In this document: one piece after another, positions 10,384 to 18,289 of the stretch | Layout: the number at the start of each line of letters is the position of its first letter | Position numbering within the stretch: position 1 is the stretch's first letter | Virus record (IMG/VR): IMGVR_UViG_648276649_000003 | Strand: one strand, 5' to 3' | DNA from: a virus | Taxonomy: Duplodnaviria; Heunggongvirae; Uroviricota; Caudoviricetes | DNA length: 24,165 bases | Position numbers and translations under genes: made by a program | The notes under the pieces: generated by a model | Database searches by the model: none | What the model was told of the DNA's origin: nothing | What the model saw: only the letters and a program-made list of their open reading frames with translations

Positions 10384-11462
10384 CAGAACGGGTCCTCCTG
10401 TACTCTGGCTTTTTTCTTTTTCCGCGCGCCGGGGTCTTCAGGTTCAGGCAGATAAGCATCAGGCGGGCCGACACGGATTTCCGTCAGGGTACCGTTCTGG
10501 TCCTGAGTAAACGTGACTTCCGAAACAAGCAGTTCGGTATTGTCAAAACCACAGACCGGATCAAAGACAATCACCCGCTGGTTGGGTTGCCACAGCGTAC
10601 CGTTACCCTGTCGCCAGCCCTGCACCACATAGGTGGTTTCATCCGTCCGCGCCGCCCGTTGCCGGGCTTCAAAGTCAGCACGCGCAATACAGCCTGCCCC
10701 CGTAGCCTGCCCTGTCTGCCTGATATACATCGGACGGTAACGGGCAATAAATGCGTCCTCTGTGCGGGCCCGCAGCGCGGTGGTGGTGGCCTCACCGAAA
10801 TCATCGTCGTTTCCGGCACGCTGCCCCGCCACCTGGTAAACAGAAAACCGCTCCCGGATACTCTTCTCCGTATCGCAGGAAAGGATGTTTTCCCCAAGTA
10901 CCAGCGCGGTATGTGCCCGCGTTGAGCCAATACCGCCAATCACCAGCCTGCCGTGCGGATCGTCGTAAGCCAGTGCCTGCTGCTGACCGAGTATTTTGTT
11001 GATTACCTCAATCACCGTTTCACCGTGATCAGGCTGGACATCAGGAATAACACCCGACGGCGCACCGCTGTTCACCACCTCAATGCCGAAAGGCGCAGCA
11101 AGCGCCTGCGCAATCTGTACCAGCGATCGTCCGTTAAACTGTGTCGGTTCGGCTGCACAGTCAATCAGGTCAGCGGTCAGACTGCGTCCGGCAATACCGG
11201 TGCTGACCGAACGGGCATCGTAACGAACGGGAGTCGCCTCCACCCAGCCGGTGATCACCAGCTCATCACCAATCAGCACTTCCACTTTTGAACCGTTTTT
11301 AATGCGCGGCTGAAGCGTGGTGATACCCTCATCTCCCGGCCACTGGCGGGTGATCTCCACACTGAAATCCCGCGCCAGCCGTTCAATACCGGCACCGATG
11401 CGCACCGAAGTCCAGCCATTCCACTCCCGGCCATTTACCCGTAGCGTGACGTTATCGTTCAT
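10383..11462 (-). CDS. Baseplate hub / tail protein (Mu gp44, P2 gpD-like)
   Basis: 359 aa at the expected position upstream of gp45; translationally coupled. Confidence 0.55.
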   Translation of the reverse strand: MNDNVTLRVNGREWNGWTSVRIGAGIERLARDFSVEITRQWPGDEGITTLQPRIKNGSKVEVLIGDELVITGWVEATPVRYDARSVSTGIAGRSLTADLIDCAAEPTQFNGRSLVQIAQALAAPFGIEVVNSGAPSGVIPDVQPDHGETVIEVINKILGQQQALAYDDPHGRLVIGGIGSTRAHTALVLGENILSCDTEKSIRERFSVYQVAGQRAGNDDDFGEATTTALRARTEDAFIARYRPMYIRQTGQATGAGCIARADFEARQRAARTDETTYVVQGWRQGNGTLWQPNQRVIVFDPVCGFDNTELLVSEVTFTQDQNGTLTEIRVGPPDAYLPEPEDPGARKKKKARVQEDPF

Positions 11463-12127
11463 TGCACTGGCACCTTCAGAGGGATCACCGGCACAAAGCC
11501 GGGATGCGTAATGGCATTACGCCGGATAATGTCCGCGTCACGCGTCGCGTTATCAAACCATGTCGCCGCCAGCACCAGCGCGGGTAAAACCTCATCCGGT
11601 GTGCGCTGAATGATCCGTGCAGACTGTTCAAGGCGCGTGTTGATATCCGCATTCAGATCTGCTTTCACCCGGCGCAGCGCCAGAAACAGCGCATCACTGG
11701 TTGTACGGGACAACTCCTTATCAATTGCCGTATTCAGTGTGTCGCGAATGTCAGTCAGTTCTTCCCACGTCGGCAGATCAACCATGTTTTTCATCGCCGG
11801 TGCATTGTTCAGTGCCGGATGCGTGACGGAAGGCCAGCCGGTGCTCTGTGCAGCTGTTGTTGCCTGCCCCACTGCGGCATTCTGCATCACCGCGGAAGTT
11901 GTTGGCGCAGGCAATCGGGTGACGGCATACGCCGCTTCGCTGATTGCGGTCGTACGAAGGGTGCTGGCAACCACGTTACGCTGCTGCGTCGCCGTAGCGG
12001 TGGTTTTACTGTCCGTTTTCCAGACGCCGCGCGGTTGCAGATCACTGCCGAGGCTGACACCGGAAAGCGTTTTGATCATGGTGACCAGGTCGCTGGCGTT
12101 ACCATAAAGGCGTTTCCGGAACGGCAA
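11459..12127 (-). pseudogene. C-terminal fragment of a tail protein (Mu gp43 DNA-circulation-like), N-terminus deleted
   Basis: 222-aa ORF at the position of the gene upstream of the hub, far shorter than full-length homologues; abuts an unrelated sheath N-terminal fragment in another frame. Confidence 0.45.
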
Positions 12128-12395
12128 TCACATACAGCTCACCAAACGGGTCGGTCTGGCGATAAGCCTCGACCATACGCGCCAGCTGACTTCCCGCACC
12201 ACAAATCTGGCGTGCATAGTCTGCCGACGGCATCAGCACCAGACTGTTGGCAACAATCTCTGCACCGTTATTGGCATGACCAATCAGCAGCGATGCTCCG
12301 CTGTCCTGTGCAGTATTCGCAGCCTGGTTATCCATTTCCGCATAAAACAGCGGAACCAGCGTATTCGACGGAATGGTGTTAAAGCTTATCGTCAT
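12099..12395 (-). pseudogene. N-terminal fragment of a contractile tail sheath protein (truncated after about 98 codons)
   Basis: MTISFNTIPSNTLVPLFYAEMDN... is a canonical sheath N-terminus; the ORF stops at 12099 where the out-of-frame tail-protein fragment begins, so a deletion has removed the rest of sheath, tube and tape-measure genes. Confidence 0.55.
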
Positions 12396-12557
12396 CGGTG
12401 TTCACCTTTTTATTCACGCGCCGGATATCACCCGCTGCTTCACGGCGCAGCCAGTAGTTGTTCTCATCAACATTTCGCCCTTCGGCGGGCAAAAGGTCGC
12501 CGCGGGCAGGGTCAGGCACTGACCGCCCTTTAACAGGTTTCACAAACATGATGATCC

Positions 12558-12978
12558 TCAGGAAGGAAGGGGTATTTCGGTGTGATGTTCGATATCGCCG
12601 TCAGGCCCGTTACCGGGATCGAGATAATCAACATCAATCGCCAGCGTTCGCAGTTCATCCAGACTGTTCAGGTCATCCTGCTGGCGGGTATCGTCTTCGG
12701 TCAGCTCGCTGATGACCGAAAAATCGAACTGATAAATCAGCTCATGACGATTCAGATCCAGCAGCGTGCCGCCGTCATAGGTAATCGGGTTACCGCACGC
12801 TTCCGGGTGCCGACGTTGGTTTCGGCAGACGACGTAACTGCTCAACTATTGCTGCGCACGCCGCGCTCTGGAATTTTCGCCCCGCCTCGCTTATCAGGCT
12901 CTTACCAGCAAACGCTCCTTTGTTGGGGTGTCGCCAGTACGTGTTCACGCTGGGCGGAAAAGGCAGGATCAGCTTCAT
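12558..12978 (-). pseudogene. rusA-like Holliday-junction resolvase remnant (frameshifted or truncated)
   Basis: 62-aa ORF starts MKLILPFPPSVNTYWRH (RusA N-terminal signature) then ends prematurely; the downstream sequence continues in another frame (12558-12845). Confidence 0.45.
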
Positions 12979-13301
12979 ACTTTCAGGTCCCTCTCATGTA
13001 ACCAGTGGGTTGCACGCAGCCTTGCGTTTTCCTCACCGGCAAGCAGTGCGCGGATAATCCCGACCGCCTCGCTGTCGTCGTCCTTCACCGCGGTATGAAG
13101 CGTTATCCCCCGGGCCATGCCACGCTTTATCGTGATGACGCCTTTTTTCTCCAGTGCGCGAAGATGCTCCACCGCTGCATTCACCGAACGGTATCCCAGC
13201 ATGGTTGCCACCTCCTGATTGGTTGGCGGGAAGCCACGTTCTTTCTGATAAGAAATCAGCATATCCAGCACCTGCTGCTGGCATTGAGTTAACGTCGTCA
13301 T
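12975..13301 (-). CDS. LexA N-terminal DNA-binding-domain-like protein lacking the S24 peptidase domain
   Basis: 108 aa; LTQCQQQVLDML...GFPPTNQEVATMLGYRSVNAAVEHLRALEKKGVITIKRGMARGI aligns with the LexA winged-helix pattern (LT.RQQ.V...G.PPT..E.A..LG.RS.NAA.EHL.AL..KGVI.I..G..RGI); no Ala-Gly cleavage site or Ser/Lys peptidase domain follows. Confidence 0.6.
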   Translation of the reverse strand: MTTLTQCQQQVLDMLISYQKERGFPPTNQEVATMLGYRSVNAAVEHLRALEKKGVITIKRGMARGITLHTAVKDDDSEAVGIIRALLAGEENARLRATHWLHERDLKV

Positions 13302-13951
13302 GCCGCCATCTCCCTGACCAGTTTTTCCGCCTGCTGGCGAACCTGCGCCAGAAACGCCTCACCACATGCCTCAAGTTCATCGCGCCCGATGTAGCTGATT
13401 GCCGGTCCCTTCCATGTCTTGTCAAAAACAGCAATAGCACCAGCGAAAAAAGCTCCTGTCGGTACCTGCTTCTCGTCTTTCGGGATAAACCAGACAGGCA
13501 GTTCAAAACCAATACGCCCGCGAATAAAAGCAATATGATCTGCATCTTCCGGCCACCACACTTCGCTGGTGGCAGCTTTGATCAGGAAAACATAGCGCCC
13601 GCCCTTATCACGCATGGCACTGGCATGTTTCATGATGTAACGCATGCCGGTGATGTATTGCCCCTCATGCTGACTGGCGCGGCTGTATGGGGGATTACCA
13701 AAGGCAGCACCTTTAAGCTCCGCAAGACGTTCTGACCAGTCATGCGCCAGCGCGTTGTCTTCCGCCGTGTAATACGCGGCACATTTGGCGTTATCACCGT
13801 CAGTGAACAGATCCAGAACAAACGGGCCAAACAGGGTGTTAATTCCCCAGAAAATGTTGTCCGGCGTGCGCCACTGATCGCCCACTTCCTTCAGTTCATG
13901 GGCTGGTTTGTTCCGCAGTTCCACCAGCGTCTGGCAATATTTATTACTCAT
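13298..13951 (-). CDS. Phage-type N6-adenine DNA methyltransferase (Dam-like, orphan)
   Basis: NPPY-type catalytic motif (FGNPPYS). Start placed at the MSNKYCQ methionine (13951), which overlaps the upstream stop by one base (TAATG); an in-frame upstream ATG at 13984 is an alternative. Confidence 0.7.
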   Translation of the reverse strand: MSNKYCQTLVELRNKPAHELKEVGDQWRTPDNIFWGINTLFGPFVLDLFTDGDNAKCAAYYTAEDNALAHDWSERLAELKGAAFGNPPYSRASQHEGQYITGMRYIMKHASAMRDKGGRYVFLIKAATSEVWWPEDADHIAFIRGRIGFELPVWFIPKDEKQVPTGAFFAGAIAVFDKTWKGPAISYIGRDELEACGEAFLAQVRQQAEKLVREMAA

Positions 13952-14445
13952 TAAGCCCCCACGTAATTCCCTGACAGATACCACTCTTCACCCGATGCAG
14001 CGCGCTTGCTGCTTTTCCGTAAGCACCGCTCACGACGCGCCAGAAAATTGTTTCGTTCTGGCTGGGAGTGGCTTTCACGGAATGCCGCCATCCACACGGT
14101 TGCAGCACGACGGTATAAGCCCCTGGACTCCAGTTCTTCCGCCTGGCGGGTCAGGCACAAAATCACACGGGGATCGTTAGTGCCGACATAGAAATTGCGC
14201 ACAGGTCTGGTTTCACGAACTGGTTGTGGTTCCGGTTCCTGCGCTCTCTCAGTCAGGCGCGGGAAATGTCTGCGTGTATCTCCTTCACAACGGTGAGCCA
14301 CACGCCCACTCTGACGTAACTTGCTTGCTGACTGCAGAACGCGCTGCCGTGAGTAACCGGCAAAAGCATCCGCAATATCTCCGGAAGTACAGCCCGGATG
14401 GGCTTCAATGAATTTCTGAACGTCATTCAAAAGACTCATGCTCAC
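13951..14445 (-). CDS. Putative PerC-family-like regulator with an N-terminal extension
   Basis: C-terminal AEELESRGLYRRAATVWMAAF...RRERCL resembles the PerC/Pch signature as I recall it (AE.LE..GLYRRAA..W...RR..CL); identity is tentative. Confidence 0.45.
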   Translation of the reverse strand: MSMSLLNDVQKFIEAHPGCTSGDIADAFAGYSRQRVLQSASKLRQSGRVAHRCEGDTRRHFPRLTERAQEPEPQPVRETRPVRNFYVGTNDPRVILCLTRQAEELESRGLYRRAATVWMAAFRESHSQPERNNFLARRERCLRKSSKRAASGEEWYLSGNYVGA

Positions 14446-15383
14446 CCCCTGAATCCTGCCGGGATCTGGCTGTAGTCCACGTTGTCGTAACTGGCTTTGA
14501 AGTACGGGTCTTCGCGTTTTTCGGTGTACGTGCTGACGGACGGCGATAAGCGCAGGGAAAGCTCATCCCATTTTTCCCGCAGCTTCGACGGGCTGAGCAC
14601 GTTACGGCACCAGAACGGATCGCGACTGACGCGGCTGTACATCTCGCAGATTTGTTTATGAGTACGACCATCCTGCACACACATCAGGCGAATTTCGTTT
14701 GCCCAGGCTGTCCAGTTCGGTTCTTTGGGACGAACCACCTCGCCGTCACATTCGGCGGCCTGCTCGTACAGGGCGATGATTTTTTTCCAGAGCCACTGTG
14801 CGCAGGTCAAATCATCCTGCGTTCCCCACTGGCGCTTTTTAGGGCTGAATACAACCGCATCAGGATGGCGAGTTAAAAACTCCTGTTCAGCCGTCTGCGT
14901 GTCCGGTTGCGAAGCGTCCGGACGAGAAGTTTTTTTATCTGACGGATCATGTTTTGATTTTACTGACGGATCCCCGCCAGATTCTGACGGGTGAAAAACC
15001 GCTTTTTTGCCAGATTTCGACGCATCAAATTTTGACGGGTCAGATTTTGATGCGTCAGATTTTGACGGGTCAGAATCTGACAGTTGAGAAAATGCCGCTG
15101 CCTGAAGCTTCGCAACGTTAAGCTGATAAACATTCGACGCATTGCGGTTACCTTGGCGACGCGCCTTACGCGTTAACCAGCCTTCTGCTTCCAGCCGTGC
15201 GATAGCCGTTCTGACGGTACTCATCCCCGCGCCAATCTGACGGGCAATAGTTTCAATTGATGGCCAGCACACACCTTCGTCATTACTGAAATCAGCCAGG
15301 CGGGCCATAATTGCCACGCTGGATAATTTCATGCCTGACGCTGCGCAACCATCCCATACATAGCCGGTTAATTTAGTGCTCAT
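14442..15383 (-). CDS. Phage replication-initiation protein (N-terminal winged-helix DNA-binding domain, internal repeat linker)
   Basis: 313 aa; N-terminal HTH region; central low-complexity SKSD/ASKSD pentapeptide repeats encoded by 15-bp tandem DNA repeats; position next to the immunity region. Confidence 0.6.
   Translation of the reverse strand: MSTKLTGYVWDGCAASGMKLSSVAIMARLADFSNDEGVCWPSIETIARQIGAGMSTVRTAIARLEAEGWLTRKARRQGNRNASNVYQLNVAKLQAAAFSQLSDSDPSKSDASKSDPSKFDASKSGKKAVFHPSESGGDPSVKSKHDPSDKKTSRPDASQPDTQTAEQEFLTRHPDAVVFSPKKRQWGTQDDLTCAQWLWKKIIALYEQAAECDGEVVRPKEPNWTAWANEIRLMCVQDGRTHKQICEMYSRVSRDPFWCRNVLSPSKLREKWDELSLRLSPSVSTYTEKREDPYFKASYDNVDYSQIPAGFRG
14938..15085. repeat. Iteron-like tandem 15-bp repeats (CAGATTTTGACGGGT-like, at least 6 copies) embedded in the replication gene
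   Basis: Copies at 14978-14992, 15011-15025, 15026-15040, 15041-15055, 15056-15070 and 15071-15085, plus degenerate upstream copies; flanked by A/T runs (14930-14936, 15003-15008). Confidence 0.6.
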
Positions 15384-15392
15384 GACCGACCT

Positions 15393-15731
15393 CTATTTCC
15401 CTGAATTTACGACGAAACTGTTCGAGCGGGCTGAAGCACTCATGCTCATAGCCTTCACGGAGGTAGATAACCCGTTGTGTTTCCGGCTCCCAACGAATGA
15501 CTCTGACGGGCACTCCGTAGTGATCTTTGAACCAGCGGTTAACTTGTCGCAAAGGACTGTCTCCTTCTGCCGGTTAAAATCACCCACAGCCCACTCTGCA
15601 AAGCTGTGGGTTACAATTACCCTGCCACCTGGTACATTTACTGCATAGCAATACTCCACCTTCGCTTTTCCACCCGGTACAGGAAGCGCAATCAGTTGCG
15701 AGCGACGGTAGTGTGTTGTTAAACTATTCAT
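15393..15731 (-). CDS. Hypothetical phage protein (e14 YmfM-like by size and position)
   Basis: 112-aa ORF in the early-right operon between the immunity and replication genes; no recognisable motif. Confidence 0.45.
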   Translation of the reverse strand: MNSLTTHYRRSQLIALPVPGGKAKVEYCYAVNVPGGRVIVTHSFAEWAVGDFNRQKETVLCDKLTAGSKITTECPSESFVGSRKHNGLSTSVKAMSMSASARSNSFVVNSGK

Positions 15732-16279
15732 GCGTTAGTTTCTCCACAGTCACGACACGCCACGGCGCCCGGAGCTGCACACTCGCGGGCGTCATTACTT
15801 TCTGAAATGCAAAAAATTTTGTAGACCAGTGCTGCATGCTCCTGCAGCTTCGAAATTGAGAGGTACAGCTCGTCGTTAATTGCTGTCTTCTCATGCGGTT
15901 CCACTACACCGTCTTCAATTGCTGAACGAATCTGTTTTGAATAACTGCCGATCTGTTCAATGACCTCCAGCAGGCGTTGGTTGATATCGGCGTTGTCCAC
16001 ATCCTCGACATCAGGAAGAGACACAAAGACGCCATTTGCAGACTGCGCCACAGCGTCAGCAATGAAGTGAGTTCCACCAGCACGTTGCAAAATCATTGCC
16101 CATCCCAGCGGGAAAATCTGATCGCCATCGGCACGAAGGCGGTTAAATAATGCGTTCTCTGTTACATCCAGCCAGTCAGCAGCTTCAGCGTAACCCCCCG
16201 GCAACGCTGCGATAGTTTTTCTGACAGCTTTCACGTACCACTCAGGCTGTTTTTCTACTTTCCAGTGATGCTTACCCAC
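15728..16279 (-). CDS. Hypothetical phage early protein (e14 YmfL-like by size and position)
   Basis: 183 aa, directly downstream of cro in the same operon; overlapping starts and stops. Confidence 0.5.
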   Translation of the reverse strand: MGKHHWKVEKQPEWYVKAVRKTIAALPGGYAEAADWLDVTENALFNRLRADGDQIFPLGWAMILQRAGGTHFIADAVAQSANGVFVSLPDVEDVDNADINQRLLEVIEQIGSYSKQIRSAIEDGVVEPHEKTAINDELYLSISKLQEHAALVYKIFCISESNDARECAAPGAVACRDCGETNA

Positions 16280-16532
16280 GGTTCACCTCCTGTTCCTGTG
16301 GTTTAAACCCATTCTGGTTTTGGCTAGATTGAAAACGTGCCGGATAAAGAATCTGCATTTCGCTGACTTCACCCTTAAAAAAATTGGCTAAACGTTCTGC
16401 AAGCTCGATAGATGGAATCTGCTCCAGCCTCTCAATACGACTCAACGTCGCTGGATTGACTTGAACACCCGCAGCAACATGCTGCAAAGTGAAACCATGC
16501 GCCTTACGCACATTTCGTAATGGTGATTGCAT
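16272..16532 (-). CDS. Cro-like HTH (XRE-family) regulator
   Basis: 86 aa with HTH (GFTLQHVAAGVQVNPATLSRIE); divergent from cI; GGAGG Shine-Dalgarno 5 nt upstream of the ATG. Confidence 0.7.
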   Translation of the reverse strand: MQSPLRNVRKAHGFTLQHVAAGVQVNPATLSRIERLEQIPSIELAERLANFFKGEVSEMQILYPARFQSSQNQNGFKPQEQEVNRG

Positions 16533-16629
16533 ATAACCTCCAAATATTGCGCGTTATGCATGTTATTTCACGCAATTATTTTGCGCAAGTTGATTTGCTT
16601 ATCACGCAATAAAGAAATGTAATAAACGC
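16533..16629. promoter_or_regulatory. cro-cI divergent promoter/operator region with repeated TTGC...GCAA-type sites
   Basis: 97-bp intergenic region containing ATTGCGCG (16546-16553), TCACGCAA (16568-16575), palindromic TTGCGCAA (16581-16588) and a 15-bp site TTGCTTATCACGCAA (16595-16609). Confidence 0.6.
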
Positions 16630-17322
16630 ATGAACATAGGAAACCGAGTCAGACAACTTCGCCAAGCGAAGAACATGAAAATCGCCGATCTCGCTGAAGC
16701 AATAGGAGTAGATGCGGCGAACATCTCGCGCTTAGAAACGGGTAAGCAAAAACAATTTACCGAACAAACACTGAGTAATATTGCCAAGAGCTTAGGTGTT
16801 GATATTGCTGATCTCTTTACCTCTGCCCACAAAAGTAATACTGTATATAAAAACAGTAATAATGAGGATGTTGCGCAGGTGAAGGATGTGTTCCGTATTG
16901 AAATGCTGGATATCAGTGCCAGTGCGGGAAATGGCCTTATCCAGGGCGGTGATGTCATTGATGTGATTCATGCCATCGAATACAGAACTGATAATGCTGT
17001 ATCAATGTTCGGCGGACGACCAGCCAATCACATCAAAGTTATCAACGTTCGTGGGGACAGTATGTGTCCAACCATTGAGCCAGGAGATCTCATCTTCGTT
17101 GATGTCAGCATCAATCAGTTTGATGGTGATGGTATATATGTCTTTGGTTTTGATGACAAAATATACGTTAAAAGACTTCAAATGATTCCTGACAAACTGC
17201 TGGTGATTTCTGATAACCAGATTTACCGTGAATGGGGAATTACTAGCGAAAACGAACACCGATTCATGGTCTTTGGAAAGGTCTTAATCAGTCAGTCGCA
17301 AACCCTTAAGAGACATAATTAA
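16630..17322 (+). CDS. CI-like prophage repressor (HTH_XRE plus S24 LexA-like peptidase domain)
   Basis: 230 aa; N-terminal HTH (MKIADLAEAIGVDAANISRLETGKQ); C-terminal S24 signature (GDSMCPTIEPGDLIFVD ... YVKRL). Confidence 0.85.
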   Translation: MNIGNRVRQLRQAKNMKIADLAEAIGVDAANISRLETGKQKQFTEQTLSNIAKSLGVDIADLFTSAHKSNTVYKNSNNEDVAQVKDVFRIEMLDISASAGNGLIQGGDVIDVIHAIEYRTDNAVSMFGGRPANHIKVINVRGDSMCPTIEPGDLIFVDVSINQFDGDGIYVFGFDDKIYVKRLQMIPDKLLVISDNQIYREWGITSENEHRFMVFGKVLISQSQTLKRHN

Positions 17323-17340
17323 CCTCAATATCCCATCCAT

Positions 17341-17363
17341 CGGCCACCGAAAGGTGGCTTTTT
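17341..17363 (+). terminator. Rho-independent terminator after cI
   Basis: GGCCACC-GAAA-GGTGGC hairpin followed by TTTTT, 20 bp after the cI stop. Confidence 0.7.
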
Positions 17364-17376
17364 AATACCTATAAAT

Positions 17377-17413
17377 TTGCATACCTCGCAAATATTACTT
17401 GCATATCTCGCAA
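17377..17413. promoter_or_regulatory. Two direct 15-bp operator-like sites (TTGCATACCTCGCAA and TTGCATATCTCGCAA), an OL-like position
   Basis: 14 of 15 identical, centre-to-centre spacing 22 bp; same TTGC-N7-GCAA pattern as the site at 16595-16609 on the other side of cI. Confidence 0.55.
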
Positions 17414-17661
17414 TTTAATTTTATCTTTTGTTCCAGACCAACTACCGGATTACAACAAAATCTGGTTGCAACACGGTGCATGTGTCGTAAGCAGTCAGTA
17501 AATGTCAAAAACGAACAGGCAGGACGCCCACGAAGTAGCCGCCTGGGGCATATGAAGTCCAGGATGATTCGTTAGCAACAAAAAAGCGCCCTACAGGACG
17601 CTTAGCTCTTTAACAATCTGGTCCCCATCAACAAGTAACTGATAACTTGAGGAGATGTGAA

Positions 17662-17868
17662 ATGCACAAAACAGAACCCAAAATCGTCGCGCCTGGCTAC
17701 ACAGATGAGGAAATTTATGAGTGGATGACAAAGAAGCTGGCAGCTATAAACCAGCTTCGTGAAGTGCTGTCTTATCGACAGGAAACAATAGACTCTTTAA
17801 AAAAACTGGATCAGGAAATCACGGTTTTATCACAGGATGTTACTTTAGATATTGTGCAGACAAATTAG
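17662..17868 (+). CDS. Hypothetical small acidic protein (68 aa), first gene of the presumed early-left operon
   Basis: ORF track begins at a TTG (17647); the in-frame ATG at 17662 is preceded by GAGGAG; 3' end overlaps the convergent 144-aa gene. Confidence 0.45.
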   Translation: MHKTEPKIVAPGYTDEEIYEWMTKKLAAINQLREVLSYRQETIDSLKKLDQEITVLSQDVTLDIVQTN

Positions 17869-18274
17869 GATCCCATTCATTTTCGTCAAAATCATCAAAG
17901 TGATGAATTTGTGATCTCCAGTCTCGATAATCTAAAAATTTCTGGGCGGTTACGCTTATTTTATCAAGTGTGAGTTCATCCTGAATTGAAAGAAGAAGTT
18001 CATCAAATTTCATCTCATTAATCTGTTTTGGCATCCAGTGATGCTTCATCAGAATAAGGTGAACCAGAGCCTTTTTCCCATTCAACTGATTATAGGGAGT
18101 GCCGAATTTCTTCCGGTGCTCATGTAAGACAAGGTCCAAAAGAGTAAGTAATGTTGCCCTTGATTCAACTTTGCTTATTTCGACTGATGACACTACCCCA
18201 CTGATTTCAATGCCCCGATACTTTCCAACATTTTCACAGTGGGATTTGTACAGCGTATAGATATTACCGGACAT
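17840..18274 (-). CDS. Hypothetical protein (144 aa), AT-rich, antisense to the early-left operon
   Basis: Clean ORF with no large competing frame; unusual composition and orientation suggest acquired cargo; no recognisable motif. Confidence 0.5.
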   Translation of the reverse strand: MSGNIYTLYKSHCENVGKYRGIEISGVVSSVEISKVESRATLLTLLDLVLHEHRKKFGTPYNQLNGKKALVHLILMKHHWMPKQINEMKFDELLLSIQDELTLDKISVTAQKFLDYRDWRSQIHHFDDFDENEWDPNLSAQYLK

Positions 18275-18289
18275 TTCTTTTCCTTTTGC

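Noticed and set aside
7598-12107. Many + strand ORFs (for example 7598..7996, 8764..8970, 9422..9880, 10111..10455, 10587..10925, 11610..12107) across the baseplate gene block
   Set aside because: All lie antisense to a tightly packed, translationally coupled minus-strand structural operon and give compositionally biased products; treated as shadow ORFs.
14938-15085. Possible CRISPR array or VNTR because of the tandem 15-bp repeats
   Set aside because: The repeats are contiguous with no unique spacers, lie in frame inside a replication-protein gene and encode a pentapeptide linker; an iteron or linker repeat is the better explanation.
15376-15648. ORF 15376..15648(+) and the inverted repeat CCCACAGC/GCTGTGGG at about 15583-15610
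   Set aside because: The ORF is antisense to the YmfM-like gene in a packed minus-strand operon; the hairpin lies within coding sequence and lacks a U-tract, so no feature is called.
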